From Candidatus Pelagibacterales bacterium (GTDB lineage Bacteria > Pseudomonadota > Alphaproteobacteria > Pelagibacterales > Pelagibacteraceae): a DNA stretch of 51,687 nt. A program made the position numbers and the translations under genes. Positions 20,168 through 30,377 of this stretch are shown piece after piece. Under the pieces are notes generated by a model. That model saw only the letters and a program-made list of their open reading frames with translations, was not told where the DNA came from and searched no databases. How positions within the stretch are numbered: position 1 is the stretch's first letter; every line of letters begins with the position of its first letter. The DNA is taken from NCBI GenBank assembly GCA_965235125.1, contig CBDDXH010000001.1:1-51687 (forward strand), given 5' to 3'.

Positions 20168-21316
20168 ATGTTTAAAAACAAAATTTATAATTATTTTTTT
20201 AATGAAATTTTTAAAAATTTTATAACTATTTTATTAACTTTTTCTGCAATAGCCTGGGTTATAAAAGCTATTAATTTTTTGGATCTAGTTGTTGTTGATG
20301 GATATGGATCAGTTATTTACTTTAAATACACTTTATTAAATATCACTGCAGTTCTATCTCGGTTTATACCTTTGTCATTTCTTCTGTCTTTAATTATTTC
20401 CATTATTAAATTTGAAAGACAAAAAGAGTTTCTTATATTGTGGGTTTCGGGACTCTCTATAAATAAAATTATAAATATTTTTATATTAACGGGTTTATTA
20501 ATAACTTCATTACAACTAATTTTATCTATATTTATTAACCCTTATTTACTAAATAAATCAAGGTTTCTAATTGGTGATGATAATCAAATATCAGTCAACA
20601 CAGTTCTAAGATCAAATGATTTTAATGCTTCTTTTGAAGAAATAACTTTTTTCATAAATAAAAAAAATTCAAATAATGAGTTATTGAATGTTTTTATAAA
20701 AGATGTCGGTGATAATATAAATATCAATACTGAATCAGATCAATTTGAAGAAAAAAAAAATCTAACAATTCTTGCTAAAAAAGGTTTTATTGATAAAAAT
20801 AAATTAATTCTATTTGATGGACAATTACAAACTTTAAATGAAAAAAACCAATATAAAAATATTTTTTTTCAAAAAACAGAACTTGCTTTAAACAACCTTT
20901 CTACAAGAACAATTAAACAAGCAAAAATTCAAGAAACTTCTACTCTATCTTTGCTTGAATGTGCTTTTAATCAAAATAAGAATTTAAATTTAATTAATTG
21001 TTTTTCAAATGATAGATACAATATTGAAATTAACAAAATGCTTTCCAGAAGATTCGGATCCCCCTTGTACATTCCATTAATTACAATTATAGCTTTATTT
21101 TTAATAATTAATAAAATAGAAAAAAAATATTTTATTTTTAATAAGTATATAAATTTCTTTTTTTCTTTTTCAATTTTAGTTTTCTCTGAAATTATTTTAA
21201 GATATTCGAGTTCAATCTCTTTTAATATTTTTTATTTTGCTTTACCTATTGTCTTATCTATTTTATTTTATTTCTACCTAACAAAAAAAATAATCAACAG
21301 CACACTAATAAAATGA
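20168..21316 (+). CDS. lptF: LPS export permease LptF
   Basis: LptF/G (YjgP/Q) topology of 3 TM, periplasmic beta domain, 3 TM; first gene of lptF-lptG-lptD, divergent from pepA. Confidence 0.8.
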   Translation: MFKNKIYNYFFNEIFKNFITILLTFSAIAWVIKAINFLDLVVVDGYGSVIYFKYTLLNITAVLSRFIPLSFLLSLIISIIKFERQKEFLILWVSGLSINKIINIFILTGLLITSLQLILSIFINPYLLNKSRFLIGDDNQISVNTVLRSNDFNASFEEITFFINKKNSNNELLNVFIKDVGDNININTESDQFEEKKNLTILAKKGFIDKNKLILFDGQLQTLNEKNQYKNIFFQKTELALNNLSTRTIKQAKIQETSTLSLLECAFNQNKNLNLINCFSNDRYNIEINKMLSRRFGSPLYIPLITIIALFLIINKIEKKYFIFNKYINFFFSFSILVFSEIILRYSSSISFNIFYFALPIVLSILFYFYLTKKIINSTLIK

Positions 21317-22395
21317 ATAGTATCATTAATAAATATTTAATTATAAAATTTATTAAAATTATTTTAAATACTACTTTAATCTTTTTTACTTTAGGAATTA
21401 TTTTAAACTTATTTGAAGAAATAAATTTTTTAAAAAATTCAAGTTTATCTTTTTTGTTTCCACTAACTTTAGCTTTGTTGTATGTCCCATCTTTAATATT
21501 AGATTTGCTGCCTTTTATAATTTTCTTATCATCTGTATTTTATTTCTTACATTTAAGGTTTTCGAAAGAATTAGTTATGATAAAAGTATTTGGGTACTCA
21601 AATTTAAAAATAATTTTAATTTTATCTTTTTTTTCATTATTATTAGGTTTGTTTGTATTATTTGCTATAAATCCAATTACCGCTAGACTTATTAAACAGT
21701 ACGAAATTGAAAAAGCTCGCTACTCAAAAGATGTTGATCACTTAATTTCAATAAATAAAAATGGTGTATGGATAAAAGAAACTGATAGCGTTGGATATAA
21801 AATTATAAATGCTAAAAGTTTAAATGAAAATACTTTAGAAAATATTTCAATATATATATTTGACAGCAGTGGTTCATTATTAAAAAGAATTGAGTCTGAA
21901 ACTGCATTAATAACTAATAATCCATGGCAATTGAAAAAAAATTACATCCATAATAATTTAGAAAATTCTACTATTTTTTACGAAAACTATGAATTGATAA
22001 GCGAGAATACATCAGAGAAAATTAATTCTCTTTATAAAAACTTAAATACGATACCTTTTTTACGATTGATTACAAATTATCAAGATTTAAATAAAGGAGG
22101 ATATTCAAATAAAATATTAAATGAAAAATTAAACAAATTTACCTCTTTACCCATATTTCTATTTTTAATGGTAGTTTTAGCAGGAATATTTTCGATTGAT
22201 TCTTTAAAGAATAAACAAAATTTTTATTATTTACTTAGTTCTATATTAATATGTGTTGTTATATATTATTTAAAAGATCTTTCTATTGCCCTGGGACAAA
22301 CTGAAAAAATTAATTTAACTTTATCGATTTGGATGCCAATAATAATAATCAGTTTATTTTGTTCAATAGGTATTATTCAAATTAATGAAAAATAA
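21313..22395 (+). CDS. lptG: LPS export permease LptG
   Basis: Same topology; ELVMIKVFGYS, GVWIKE, SIWMP. Confidence 0.82.
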   Translation: MNSIINKYLIIKFIKIILNTTLIFFTLGIILNLFEEINFLKNSSLSFLFPLTLALLYVPSLILDLLPFIIFLSSVFYFLHLRFSKELVMIKVFGYSNLKIILILSFFSLLLGLFVLFAINPITARLIKQYEIEKARYSKDVDHLISINKNGVWIKETDSVGYKIINAKSLNENTLENISIYIFDSSGSLLKRIESETALITNNPWQLKKNYIHNNLENSTIFYENYELISENTSEKINSLYKNLNTIPFLRLITNYQDLNKGGYSNKILNEKLNKFTSLPIFLFLMVVLAGIFSIDSLKNKQNFYYLLSSILICVVIYYLKDLSIALGQTEKINLTLSIWMPIIIISLFCSIGIIQINEK

Positions 22396-24712
22396 CCTTT
22401 TAATATTTTTAAATTTATTTTTTTTAATTATACTTTCGAGTCTAAATGCGCAAGAGCTAGAAATTAATTCTTCCGAGGTAAAATATAATGATGTAGATAA
22501 AATTATTGTTTTTGAAGGTGCTGTAAATTCGGTAGATAACAAAGGTAACAAACTTTTTTCTGAGTACGTAAAATACAATAAAATTGAAGAAATACTAGAA
22601 ACAAAAGGTGATACAAAAATTATAACTTCTGCCGATTACGAAATTATAGGCACTAATATAATATTAGATAATAAAAAAAAAATAATTTTCTCAAGTAATA
22701 AAGCCAATATTATAGACAAAGAAGGCAACAATATTATAGTTGAAATGTTTAATTATTCAATTTTGAATAATATTTTTTTTTCAAAAGGAAATATTAAAAT
22801 AAAGGATATGAATAACAATGAATATAATTTGTCTGAAATTTATATTGATGAAAAAGAAAAAAAAATTGTAGGATCTGATATTAAAGCTTTTTTAAATCAA
22901 CCTGAAATTTCCCCAAATCCTTTAAATGATCCAAGATTTTTTGCTAATACCTTTTTTTTTTCAAAAAATACAAGCGTTTTTGAAAAAGGAATATTTACTT
23001 ATTGCCAAAATAAGGAAAATGAAACTTGTCCTTGGACATTGCAATCAAAAAAAATTAAGCACGATTTAGCAAAAAAAACAATTTATTACGACAATGTAAT
23101 TTTAAAAATTTATGATTTTCCAATTTTTTTTTCTCCAAAATTTTCACATCCCGATCCTACAGTTAAAAGAGCAAGTGGATTTCTAGCACCATTATTATCA
23201 AATAGCACTAATTTAGGCTCTGGATTTGCTGTCCCTTATTTTTTTAATATTGCAGGAGATAAAGATTTTACTTTAACACCAAAACTCTATTTTAATGAAA
23301 ATCCTTTATTTTTAGGTGAATATCGACAAGATTTTTCAAATTCTTTTTTTATTGCTGATGCAGGTTTTGGTGAAGGTTATAAAAAAAAAAAATCTGGCGG
23401 TAATATTGGGCATTTTTTCACTAATTTTAATTTGAATCTTATAAACGAAGAAGAAAAAAAAAGCAGTTTTGAAATAAAAACTGAAAAAGTTTCTAATGAC
23501 ACTTATTTCAAAATCTTTGATTTTAAAAGTTCTTTGGCAAATGCAAATAAGTCTGTACTTGAAAATAAAATAGATTATTTTTATCAAAATAAAGATTTTT
23601 ATTTTGCTGCAAATCCTAGTTTTTATGAAGATACAAATAAACTTGGAAATAAACGTTATGAATATTTATTGCCTTTAAATTTAGAAAAGAACCTTTTGAC
23701 TAATGAAAAATATGGTCTCTTAAATCTTGGTTCTAACATTCATTTAAGAAATTATGAAACCGATAAACAAACTGATTTTTTAGTTAATAATTTTAATTGG
23801 AAATCAAATACATGGTTAAATTCATTCGGAATTAAAAACTATTTTGAAGGAGTTGTTAAAAATGTCAATTACAAATCTCAAAACACAAAAGAACACAAAA
23901 ATAATAAAGATAATTTTGAAATTCACCCTGCTATTGGATATTTTTCTGAATTTCCCTTATATAATGAAAATTCTCTAAATAAAACATTTGAAACATTATC
24001 GCCAAAATTTCTTTTAAGATATGCACCAGGACAAATGAGAAATGTTGATGGGGGAAAACTGAACTATGGAAATTTATTTAATTTAAATAAAGTTGAAAAA
24101 ATAGATGTATTAGAAAAAGGATTAAGTGCTTCTATAGGTTTTGAATATAAAAAAAATAAATTAGATGAAACAAATATAATAGGTGAAGAACAATTATCAT
24201 TATCAATTGGGCAGGTTATAAATGCGAAAGAAAACATGGATATACCCGCAAGTACATCGTTAGATCAACATTTCTCTGATATTGTTGGCGAAAGTAAATA
24301 TAATATTAACAACAATATAAGTTTGAATTACAATTTTGCTTTAGATCAGGGATATAAAACTTTAAATTATAATGAGTTGAATGCAGAATTTGCTTTTGAA
24401 AAAGCAAAATTTAATTTGGGTTTTTTAGAAGAAAAAAATCATATAGGTAAAAAAGAATATATTCAATCAGGGGTCGAATTTAAGATAAATGATTCTTCGG
24501 GGTTAGATTTTAACTTTAAAAGAAATCTTTTAACAAATTCGTCTGATTTTTATAATTTAAATTATAGTTATTTTAACGATTGTCTAAAAGCAGCAATAAC
24601 CTATCGAAGAGAATTTTATACTGACAGAGATCTTAAGGCAAATAATTCTTTAATGTTCACCATATCGATAATACCTTTTGCAGAAATTAACGCACCAGCT
24701 TATAGAAATTAA
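22385..24712 (+). CDS. lptD: LPS-assembly outer-membrane protein LptD
   Basis: Signal peptide, OstA-like N-domain, FTYC...PW, SHPDPTVKRASGFLAP, PYFF, YFNDC. Confidence 0.88.
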   Translation: MKNNLLIFLNLFFLIILSSLNAQELEINSSEVKYNDVDKIIVFEGAVNSVDNKGNKLFSEYVKYNKIEEILETKGDTKIITSADYEIIGTNIILDNKKKIIFSSNKANIIDKEGNNIIVEMFNYSILNNIFFSKGNIKIKDMNNNEYNLSEIYIDEKEKKIVGSDIKAFLNQPEISPNPLNDPRFFANTFFFSKNTSVFEKGIFTYCQNKENETCPWTLQSKKIKHDLAKKTIYYDNVILKIYDFPIFFSPKFSHPDPTVKRASGFLAPLLSNSTNLGSGFAVPYFFNIAGDKDFTLTPKLYFNENPLFLGEYRQDFSNSFFIADAGFGEGYKKKKSGGNIGHFFTNFNLNLINEEEKKSSFEIKTEKVSNDTYFKIFDFKSSLANANKSVLENKIDYFYQNKDFYFAANPSFYEDTNKLGNKRYEYLLPLNLEKNLLTNEKYGLLNLGSNIHLRNYETDKQTDFLVNNFNWKSNTWLNSFGIKNYFEGVVKNVNYKSQNTKEHKNNKDNFEIHPAIGYFSEFPLYNENSLNKTFETLSPKFLLRYAPGQMRNVDGGKLNYGNLFNLNKVEKIDVLEKGLSASIGFEYKKNKLDETNIIGEEQLSLSIGQVINAKENMDIPASTSLDQHFSDIVGESKYNINNNISLNYNFALDQGYKTLNYNELNAEFAFEKAKFNLGFLEEKNHIGKKEYIQSGVEFKINDSSGLDFNFKRNLLTNSSDFYNLNYSYFNDCLKAAITYRREFYTDRDLKANNSLMFTISIIPFAEINAPAYRN

Positions 24713-24727
24713 TAACTCTAAAATTAA

Positions 24728-25369
24728 ATGAAAAAAAATAATTTCTTAATTTATATCTTTTATATTCTAATTTATAATTTTATTTTTTTAAATTTACAGG
24801 CAAAAATTATTAATAATATTATAGTTAAAGTTGGAGGGGGCATCATCACTTCTATTGATATAGAAAATGAAATAATGACAAATTTAATCTTAAATAAAGA
24901 AGAAATATCACAACAAAATATAGACAAAATTAAAAATGCTTCTGTAAAAAAATTAATAAATAAATTAATTAAAAAAGGAGAAATAGATAAATTCAATATT
25001 AAAGAATACGATAAGAATGATCTACAAAAATATATTGAATTTGTATCAAAATCATTGAACCTACCCTCTAATGAATTAAAAAATTTCTTCGAACAAAAAA
25101 ATATCAACTATGACACTTTTTTAGAAAATCATAAAATAGAGCTTTTGTGGAATACGCTAATTTATGAAATTTATCGAAATCAATTAAATATTAATATTAT
25201 AGAAGTTGAAAATGAAATTAAAAAAATCAAAGAAAATAAAAGCGAAGAAGAATTAAAAAAATTTAATGAAAATATTTTAAATCAAAAAAAAGAGGAAAAA
25301 TTGAACTTATTTTCGAGATCTCACTTCTCAAATATTGAAAATACTATTCAAATAATGTTCAATGAATAA
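24728..25369 (+). CDS. surA: SurA-like periplasmic chaperone, core domain only
   Basis: IIVKVGGGIITSIDIENE N-terminal pattern; sits between lptD and pdxA; only 213 aa with no parvulin domain. Confidence 0.72.
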   Translation: MKKNNFLIYIFYILIYNFIFLNLQAKIINNIIVKVGGGIITSIDIENEIMTNLILNKEEISQQNIDKIKNASVKKLINKLIKKGEIDKFNIKEYDKNDLQKYIEFVSKSLNLPSNELKNFFEQKNINYDTFLENHKIELLWNTLIYEIYRNQLNINIIEVENEIKKIKENKSEEELKKFNENILNQKKEEKLNLFSRSHFSNIENTIQIMFNE

Positions 25370-26324
25370 TTTAATTGCGATAGTTGCGGGTGAACCAAAT
25401 AGTATTAATTCAGAAATTATTGCTAAAGCTTGGAAAAAAAATAAGTTTAAAAATATTTTTATTATCGGAAATTACTCTATTTTTAAAAAACAAATTTTAA
25501 AATTACGTTTTAAAATTCCAATAATCAAAATAAATAAAATCGAGCATTTTAAAAAAGAAAAAAAACTTGTCATTCTTGATATTCCGCTAAAATTTAATTC
25601 AATATTTAATGTAAATTTACAACAAACTAAAGCTTATATATTTGAATCTTTAAATACAGCACATAATCTAGCTATAAATAATAAAATTAAAGGTTTTATA
25701 AATGCTCCGATCGATAAAAAAAATTTTAAAATTAGAAATAGATACTTTGGTGTAACAGAATATCTTTCAAAAAAAAATAAATCTAAAAACAAGGAGGTAA
25801 TGTTAATTTTTAATAAAAAATTATCAGTTGTTCCTTTAACTACACATATTGAAATTAAACATGTAAATTCTAAAATTAATTTTAATTTAATTAAAACAAA
25901 AATTATTACTCTAAATAAATTTTACTATAGAATATTTAAAAAATATCCAAAAATAGCTATCCTTGGTTTAAACCCTCATAATAGCGAAAACAACAAAAAT
26001 TCAATTGAAAATAAAATTATTAGACCATCAATTAGTAAATTGAAAAAATTAAAGATAAATATTAATGGACCATTTCCAGCTGACACAGCTTTTAGTAAAA
26101 AAAATATTATTTATTATGATGTAATCGTTGGAATGTACCATGACCAAGTTTTAGGTCCCTTCAAAGCACTTTATGGTTTTGATGCAATAAATATAACATT
26201 AGGTTTAAAATATCATAGACTGTCTCCTGATCATGGAACAGCGCGGGATATTATTGGATTAAAAAAAGCAGATCCTAAAAGTCTAATTAATGCAATTAAT
26301 TTTTTAAATAAAATTAATGATTAA
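25362..26324 (+). CDS. pdxA: 4-hydroxythreonine-4-phosphate dehydrogenase
   Basis: GEP, APIDK, LTTHI, GLNPH, GPFPADT, GMYHDQ, NITLGL, SPDHGTA. Confidence 0.92.
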   Translation: MNNLIAIVAGEPNSINSEIIAKAWKKNKFKNIFIIGNYSIFKKQILKLRFKIPIIKINKIEHFKKEKKLVILDIPLKFNSIFNVNLQQTKAYIFESLNTAHNLAINNKIKGFINAPIDKKNFKIRNRYFGVTEYLSKKNKSKNKEVMLIFNKKLSVVPLTTHIEIKHVNSKINFNLIKTKIITLNKFYYRIFKKYPKIAILGLNPHNSENNKNSIENKIIRPSISKLKKLKININGPFPADTAFSKKNIIYYDVIVGMYHDQVLGPFKALYGFDAINITLGLKYHRLSPDHGTARDIIGLKKADPKSLINAINFLNKIND

Positions 26325-27117
26325 ACCAAAAAAATCGTTAGGACAAAATTTTCTAATTGATAATAATATTTTAAATAAAATTCTAAAATTAACTAATATA
26401 AATAATCAAAATATTGTCGAGATTGGTCCCGGAACTGGAAACTTAACTAAAAAAATTTTAGAAGAAAAGCCAAAAAATTTAATTCTTATAGAAAAAGATC
26501 AATTATTATCAGATCATTTAATAAATGAACTTAAAAAATATAATAACATAAAAATTTTTAGTGATGATGTTCTTAAATTTGATTTAGAAAAAAATATAAA
26601 AAAAAACTCTATTATAATAGGAAATTTACCTTACAATATTTCTTCTCAAATATTGTTAAAACTTATAAAATTCAAAAAATGGATGCCTAAATATAAAATG
26701 TTAATTTTAATGTTTCAAAAAGAGGTGGCAGATAAAATACTAGCTAAATATAAAACTCCCGATTATGGTAGACTTGGTATAGTTGCAAGTGCTAGGTTAA
26801 AAATTACAAATTACTTCAATGTATCGCCTAATAGCTTTTATCCGATACCAAAAGTTAATTCAACTGTTCTTGTATTTGAGCCAATTAAAAATAAAAATTT
26901 TAAAATTAAAAAAATTGAAAATTTAGAAAAAGTTTCTCATATTTTTTTTTCAAGAAAAAGAAAAATGATAAATAAAGCATTTAGTATTTTGTTTAAAAAT
27001 CCACTTAACATTGCTAAAGAAATAAATATAAACCTAAAACTCAGACCAAACGAATTGACTAAAGAAGAATATTATAAAATTACAGAATATTTTGAAAATC
27101 AAACTCAATTAAATTAA
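26317..27117 (+). CDS. rsmA: 16S rRNA m6,2A dimethyltransferase
   Basis: KKSLGQNFL, EIGPGTG, GNLPYNIS, MFQKEVA. Confidence 0.96.
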   Translation: MIKPKKSLGQNFLIDNNILNKILKLTNINNQNIVEIGPGTGNLTKKILEEKPKNLILIEKDQLLSDHLINELKKYNNIKIFSDDVLKFDLEKNIKKNSIIIGNLPYNISSQILLKLIKFKKWMPKYKMLILMFQKEVADKILAKYKTPDYGRLGIVASARLKITNYFNVSPNSFYPIPKVNSTVLVFEPIKNKNFKIKKIENLEKVSHIFFSRKRKMINKAFSILFKNPLNIAKEININLKLRPNELTKEEYYKITEYFENQTQLN

Positions 27118-27133
27118 TTTTTTATCAATTAAT

Positions 27134-27706
27134 TTAACTTTTTGCTGATAAAATAATCTTTTCTATTTGAGAAAAACAATGATCTAGATTGTCATTTATG
27201 ATTACATGATCATAGTCTGACCAATGGTGAATATCGATATCGTAAGCTTTTAGTCTTTTAGAGATAATATCAATATTATCTTGATTTCTATATATTAACC
27301 TTTTTTCTAATTCTTTTTTATCCGGTGGCAATAAAAATATTTTAATTAAACTTAATTCTTTAAATTTTGATAATTGCAAAGTACCCTGCCAATCTATATC
27401 AAATAAAATATTATTATTATTTTTTAATAGTGAATTCACTGAATCCCTGCTGGTGCCGTAAAAATTATCGAATATTTTTGCATATTCATAAAATTCATTA
27501 TTAGAAATTTTTTTTTCAAATATTTCTTTGCTAACAAAAAAATAATCAACTCCTTCTACCTCGTTTGGTCTTGGTCTTCTGGTGGTGTGCGAAACAGATA
27601 TTTTAAAATTTTGATATTTCTGTTGAATTTTTTTGGTTAATGTTGTTTTTCCAGAACCAGACGGTGAGGATAAAATTAGCATTATGCTGCCATTTCTGGA
27701 GTCCAT
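27134..27706 (-). CDS. gmk: Guanylate kinase
   Basis: SSPSGSGKTT, SVSHTTR, GVDYFF, DIDWQG. Confidence 0.96.
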   Translation of the reverse strand: MDSRNGSIMLILSSPSGSGKTTLTKKIQQKYQNFKISVSHTTRRPRPNEVEGVDYFFVSKEIFEKKISNNEFYEYAKIFDNFYGTSRDSVNSLLKNNNNILFDIDWQGTLQLSKFKELSLIKIFLLPPDKKELEKRLIYRNQDNIDIISKRLKAYDIDIHHWSDYDHVIINDNLDHCFSQIEKIILSAKS

Positions 27707-27730
27707 AAAACAACTATAACCTAGAATAAA

Positions 27731-27970
27731 TTAATTTGCTGCTTTGCTTTCAATAAATTTAATAGCATCTCCGACTGTTAATATTTTTTCTGCTTCGCTG
27801 TCGGAAATTTCTGAGCCAAATTCTTCTTCGAATGCCATAACTAATTCTACAGTGTCTAAACTGTCTGCTCCTAAATCGTCTATAAAGCTTGCTTCATTTG
27901 TGACTTTGTTTTCTTCAACGCCTAAGTGATCTGCTACTATTTTTTTTACTTTCGCACCTACATCTGACAT
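27731..27970 (-). CDS. acpP: Acyl carrier protein
   Basis: [20 protein letters not shown]; SD AAAGGA at 27982-27977. Confidence 0.97.
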   Translation of the reverse strand: MSDVGAKVKKIVADHLGVEENKVTNEASFIDDLGADSLDTVELVMAFEEEFGSEISDSEAEKILTVGDAIKFIESKAAN

Positions 27971-28028
27971 TTAAATTCCTTTATTCGATTAATAACTTAT
28001 TTTGTTATTAAATTAATATTGATAATTG

Positions 28029-28760
28029 TCAAGCCATATACATGCCTCCATTAACATGTATTGTTTCTCCGGTAATATAATTAGACATCTCTGATCCAAG
28101 AAAAACTGCACAGTTAGCTATGTCTTCCGCTGTTCCAAGATCACCGCTGGGTATTTTAGATATAAGTATTTTTTTAAATTCATCATTAATTTTTTCTGTC
28201 ATTTCGGTTTTGATAAAACCTGGAGATATACAGTTAACATTTATATTTTTTTTTGCGTACTCAAGTGCTAAACTTTTTGAAAAACCAATAATACCTGCTT
28301 TTGAAGCGGCATAATTAGCCTGTCCTAAATTTCCAGTATGAGCAACTATAGAAGTGATATTTATAATTTTTCCTTTTTTATTTTTTAACATTTTTTTTAT
28401 AGCGTATTTGCACATCAAAAAGGTTGATGTTAAATTAATATCAATAACTTTTTTCCAATTTTCATCTGTTAATCTTATAGAAAGATTATCTAGAGTTATA
28501 CCGGCATTATTTATTAAAACATCAATTCCTCCTAGTTCTAAATTACAGGAGTCTATAAATTTTTCTATCTCTAAATGCTGGTCTAGTTTGAATGATTTTA
28601 TCTTGATATGTTTAAAGTTTTTTTGTAATTCATTGAGTTTATTTTCATTTGTTCCTGTGGCTAAAATAACTGAGCCAAGTTCGTAAAATTTTTTTACTAT
28701 ACTGTGGCCGATACCTCCGGTCGCGCCAGTGATAATAACTTTTTTATCTTTAAGATTCAT
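28029..28760 (-). CDS. fabG: 3-oxoacyl-ACP reductase
   Basis: TGATGGIG, NNAGIT, NYAASKAG, PGFIKTEMT, VNGGMYM. Confidence 0.95.
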   Translation of the reverse strand: MNLKDKKVIITGATGGIGHSIVKKFYELGSVILATGTNENKLNELQKNFKHIKIKSFKLDQHLEIEKFIDSCNLELGGIDVLINNAGITLDNLSIRLTDENWKKVIDINLTSTFLMCKYAIKKMLKNKKGKIINITSIVAHTGNLGQANYAASKAGIIGFSKSLALEYAKKNINVNCISPGFIKTEMTEKINDEFKKILISKIPSGDLGTAEDIANCAVFLGSEMSNYITGETIHVNGGMYMA

Positions 28761-29682
28761 TTATAAGATTTTTAATATCATCTATTGAGTTAATACTAAA
28801 GGTGTTACTATTAGGTATTATTCTTTTAACTAAACCAGTTAAAACTTTGCCAGGTCCTATTTCTATAAAATTATTTATTTCATTTTCTTTCATAAAAATA
28901 ATACTCTCTCTCCATCTAACTTTTGAATAAATTTGTTTTATTAAAATTTTTTTAATATCATGCGGTTCATTTACCGGTGATGCAGTCACATTTAAAACTA
29001 TTTCAAAATCGGGCTTTTTAAAGTTTACATTATTAATTTTTTCTTCCATTTTAATTGCAGCAGGATTCATTAAAGAGCAATGGAAAGGTGCACTAACTGC
29101 TAAAGGAATATATTTTTTTTTATTTTCTTTTAAAATATTTTTTAATTCTTCAATAAGTTCGATGTTACCGCTTACTATAATTTGGCCTTGTGCGTTATCG
29201 TTAGCAACTTCACAAACTCCTTTTAATTTTATTTGAAGTATATAATTATTAATTTCTTCAATCTCGGATCCTAGTACAGCTAACATGCCACCTTTTCCTA
29301 GAGGAACAGCATCTTGCATAGATTTTCCTCTTTCAAAAAGCAATTGCAAGGAGTCATGAAAACTTAAAGAATTAGCACATAGAAATGCACTATATTCTCC
29401 AAGAGAATGACCGGCAAAATATTTTACTTTATCTAAATTAAAATTAAATTCACTTTTTAAAATGTTAAAAATTGAGTAACTTACAAGCAAAATTGCTGGT
29501 TGAGTATTTTGCGTGCGTTGAAGTTCACTTTCTGGTCCATCTAATATTATTTTTGAAATTTTAAAACCTAAAATTTCATCAGCTTGTGCAAATAGTTTTT
29601 TAACATAAGAAAAGTTATTATAAAACTCTGATCCCATGCCGACTACTTGCGAACCTTGGCCTGGAAATAATATAGCTTTCAT
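28750..29682 (-). CDS. fabD: Malonyl-CoA:ACP transacylase
   Basis: FPGQGSQ, GHSLGEY, VSAPFHC, EIGPGKVL. Confidence 0.96.
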   Translation of the reverse strand: MKAILFPGQGSQVVGMGSEFYNNFSYVKKLFAQADEILGFKISKIILDGPESELQRTQNTQPAILLVSYSIFNILKSEFNFNLDKVKYFAGHSLGEYSAFLCANSLSFHDSLQLLFERGKSMQDAVPLGKGGMLAVLGSEIEEINNYILQIKLKGVCEVANDNAQGQIIVSGNIELIEELKNILKENKKKYIPLAVSAPFHCSLMNPAAIKMEEKINNVNFKKPDFEIVLNVTASPVNEPHDIKKILIKQIYSKVRWRESIIFMKENEINNFIEIGPGKVLTGLVKRIIPNSNTFSINSIDDIKNLINES

Positions 29683-29715
29683 TTGTATTAATGTTTTTTT
29701 ATAACATTATTAGTA

Positions 29716-29744
29716 TTGAATTGACGAATTTATAATAGTATAAA
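29716..29744 (+). promoter_or_regulatory. Putative sigma70 promoter of rpsF-rpsR-rplI
   Basis: TTGAAT (29716-21), 17-bp spacer, TATAAA (29739-44); an overlapping TATAAT lies at 29731-36. Confidence 0.5.
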
Positions 29745-29782
29745 ACCGTTCTTTTAATAAATAAACAATTAATGATCGAACA

Positions 29783-30103
29783 ATGAATTTTTACGAGCAT
29801 ACATTAATAGCGAAACAGGATCTATCGACTTCTGAATTAGAAAATTTAGAAAAGAAATATAAAGATATTATTAATAAAACAGAAGGTAAGGTTATAAAAG
29901 TAGAAAATTGGGGCTTACTTAATTTTGCTAAAAAAATTAAATCTTATAATAAAGGATTTTATATTCATTATAAATTTGAAGCTGAAAATAAGACCTTAGA
30001 GGAAATAAGAAAAAATAGTATTTTTGATAATTCTCTGCTTAGACATTTGACAGTTAAATATAAAAAACTAGATACCGAGACAGAATATTTTAAAATAAAA
30101 TAA
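29783..30103 (+). CDS. rpsF: 30S ribosomal protein S6
   Basis: FYEHTLIAKQDL, ENWG, KGFY, LLRHL; first gene of rpsF-rpsR-rplI. Confidence 0.93.
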   Translation: MNFYEHTLIAKQDLSTSELENLEKKYKDIINKTEGKVIKVENWGLLNFAKKIKSYNKGFYIHYKFEAENKTLEEIRKNSIFDNSLLRHLTVKYKKLDTETEYFKIK

Positions 30104-30375
30104 TGAAAAGAAAAAATAATAAATTTAATAAAAAACCTCAAAATCCTTTAAACAAGCTTAGCTTGTTTCAAAAATCTGATTATAGATTTTCAAAAAAATG
30201 TCCTCTATCAATAAAAGATGCTCCGGTTATAGACTATAAAAATGTAAAATTGTTAAAAAGATACGTATCTGATACTGATAAAATTATGCCTTCAAGAATT
30301 ACATCTGTTTCTCAAAATAAACAAAGAAAATTAACAAGTGAAATTAAAAAAGCTAAAATTTTAGGATTAATTTAA
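30103..30375 (+). CDS. rpsR: 30S ribosomal protein S18
   Basis: KCPL...IDYKNVKLLKRYVS..KIMPSRIT...QRKL...IKKA. Confidence 0.95.
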   Translation: MKRKNNKFNKKPQNPLNKLSLFQKSDYRFSKKCPLSIKDAPVIDYKNVKLLKRYVSDTDKIMPSRITSVSQNKQRKLTSEIKKAKILGLI

Positions 30376-30377
30376 TT

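Noticed and set aside
20168-25369. Extremely AT-rich lptF-surA block as a horizontally acquired island, and poly-A/T tracts as phase-variation sites
   Set aside because: Gene order matches the native pepA/lptFG-lptD-surA-pdxA-rsmA cluster, the frames are intact, and homopolymers are ubiquitous in the window.
30103-30375. S18 lacking a full zinc-ribbon as further evidence of metal sparing
   Set aside because: The single-Cys form is normal for alphaproteobacterial S18.
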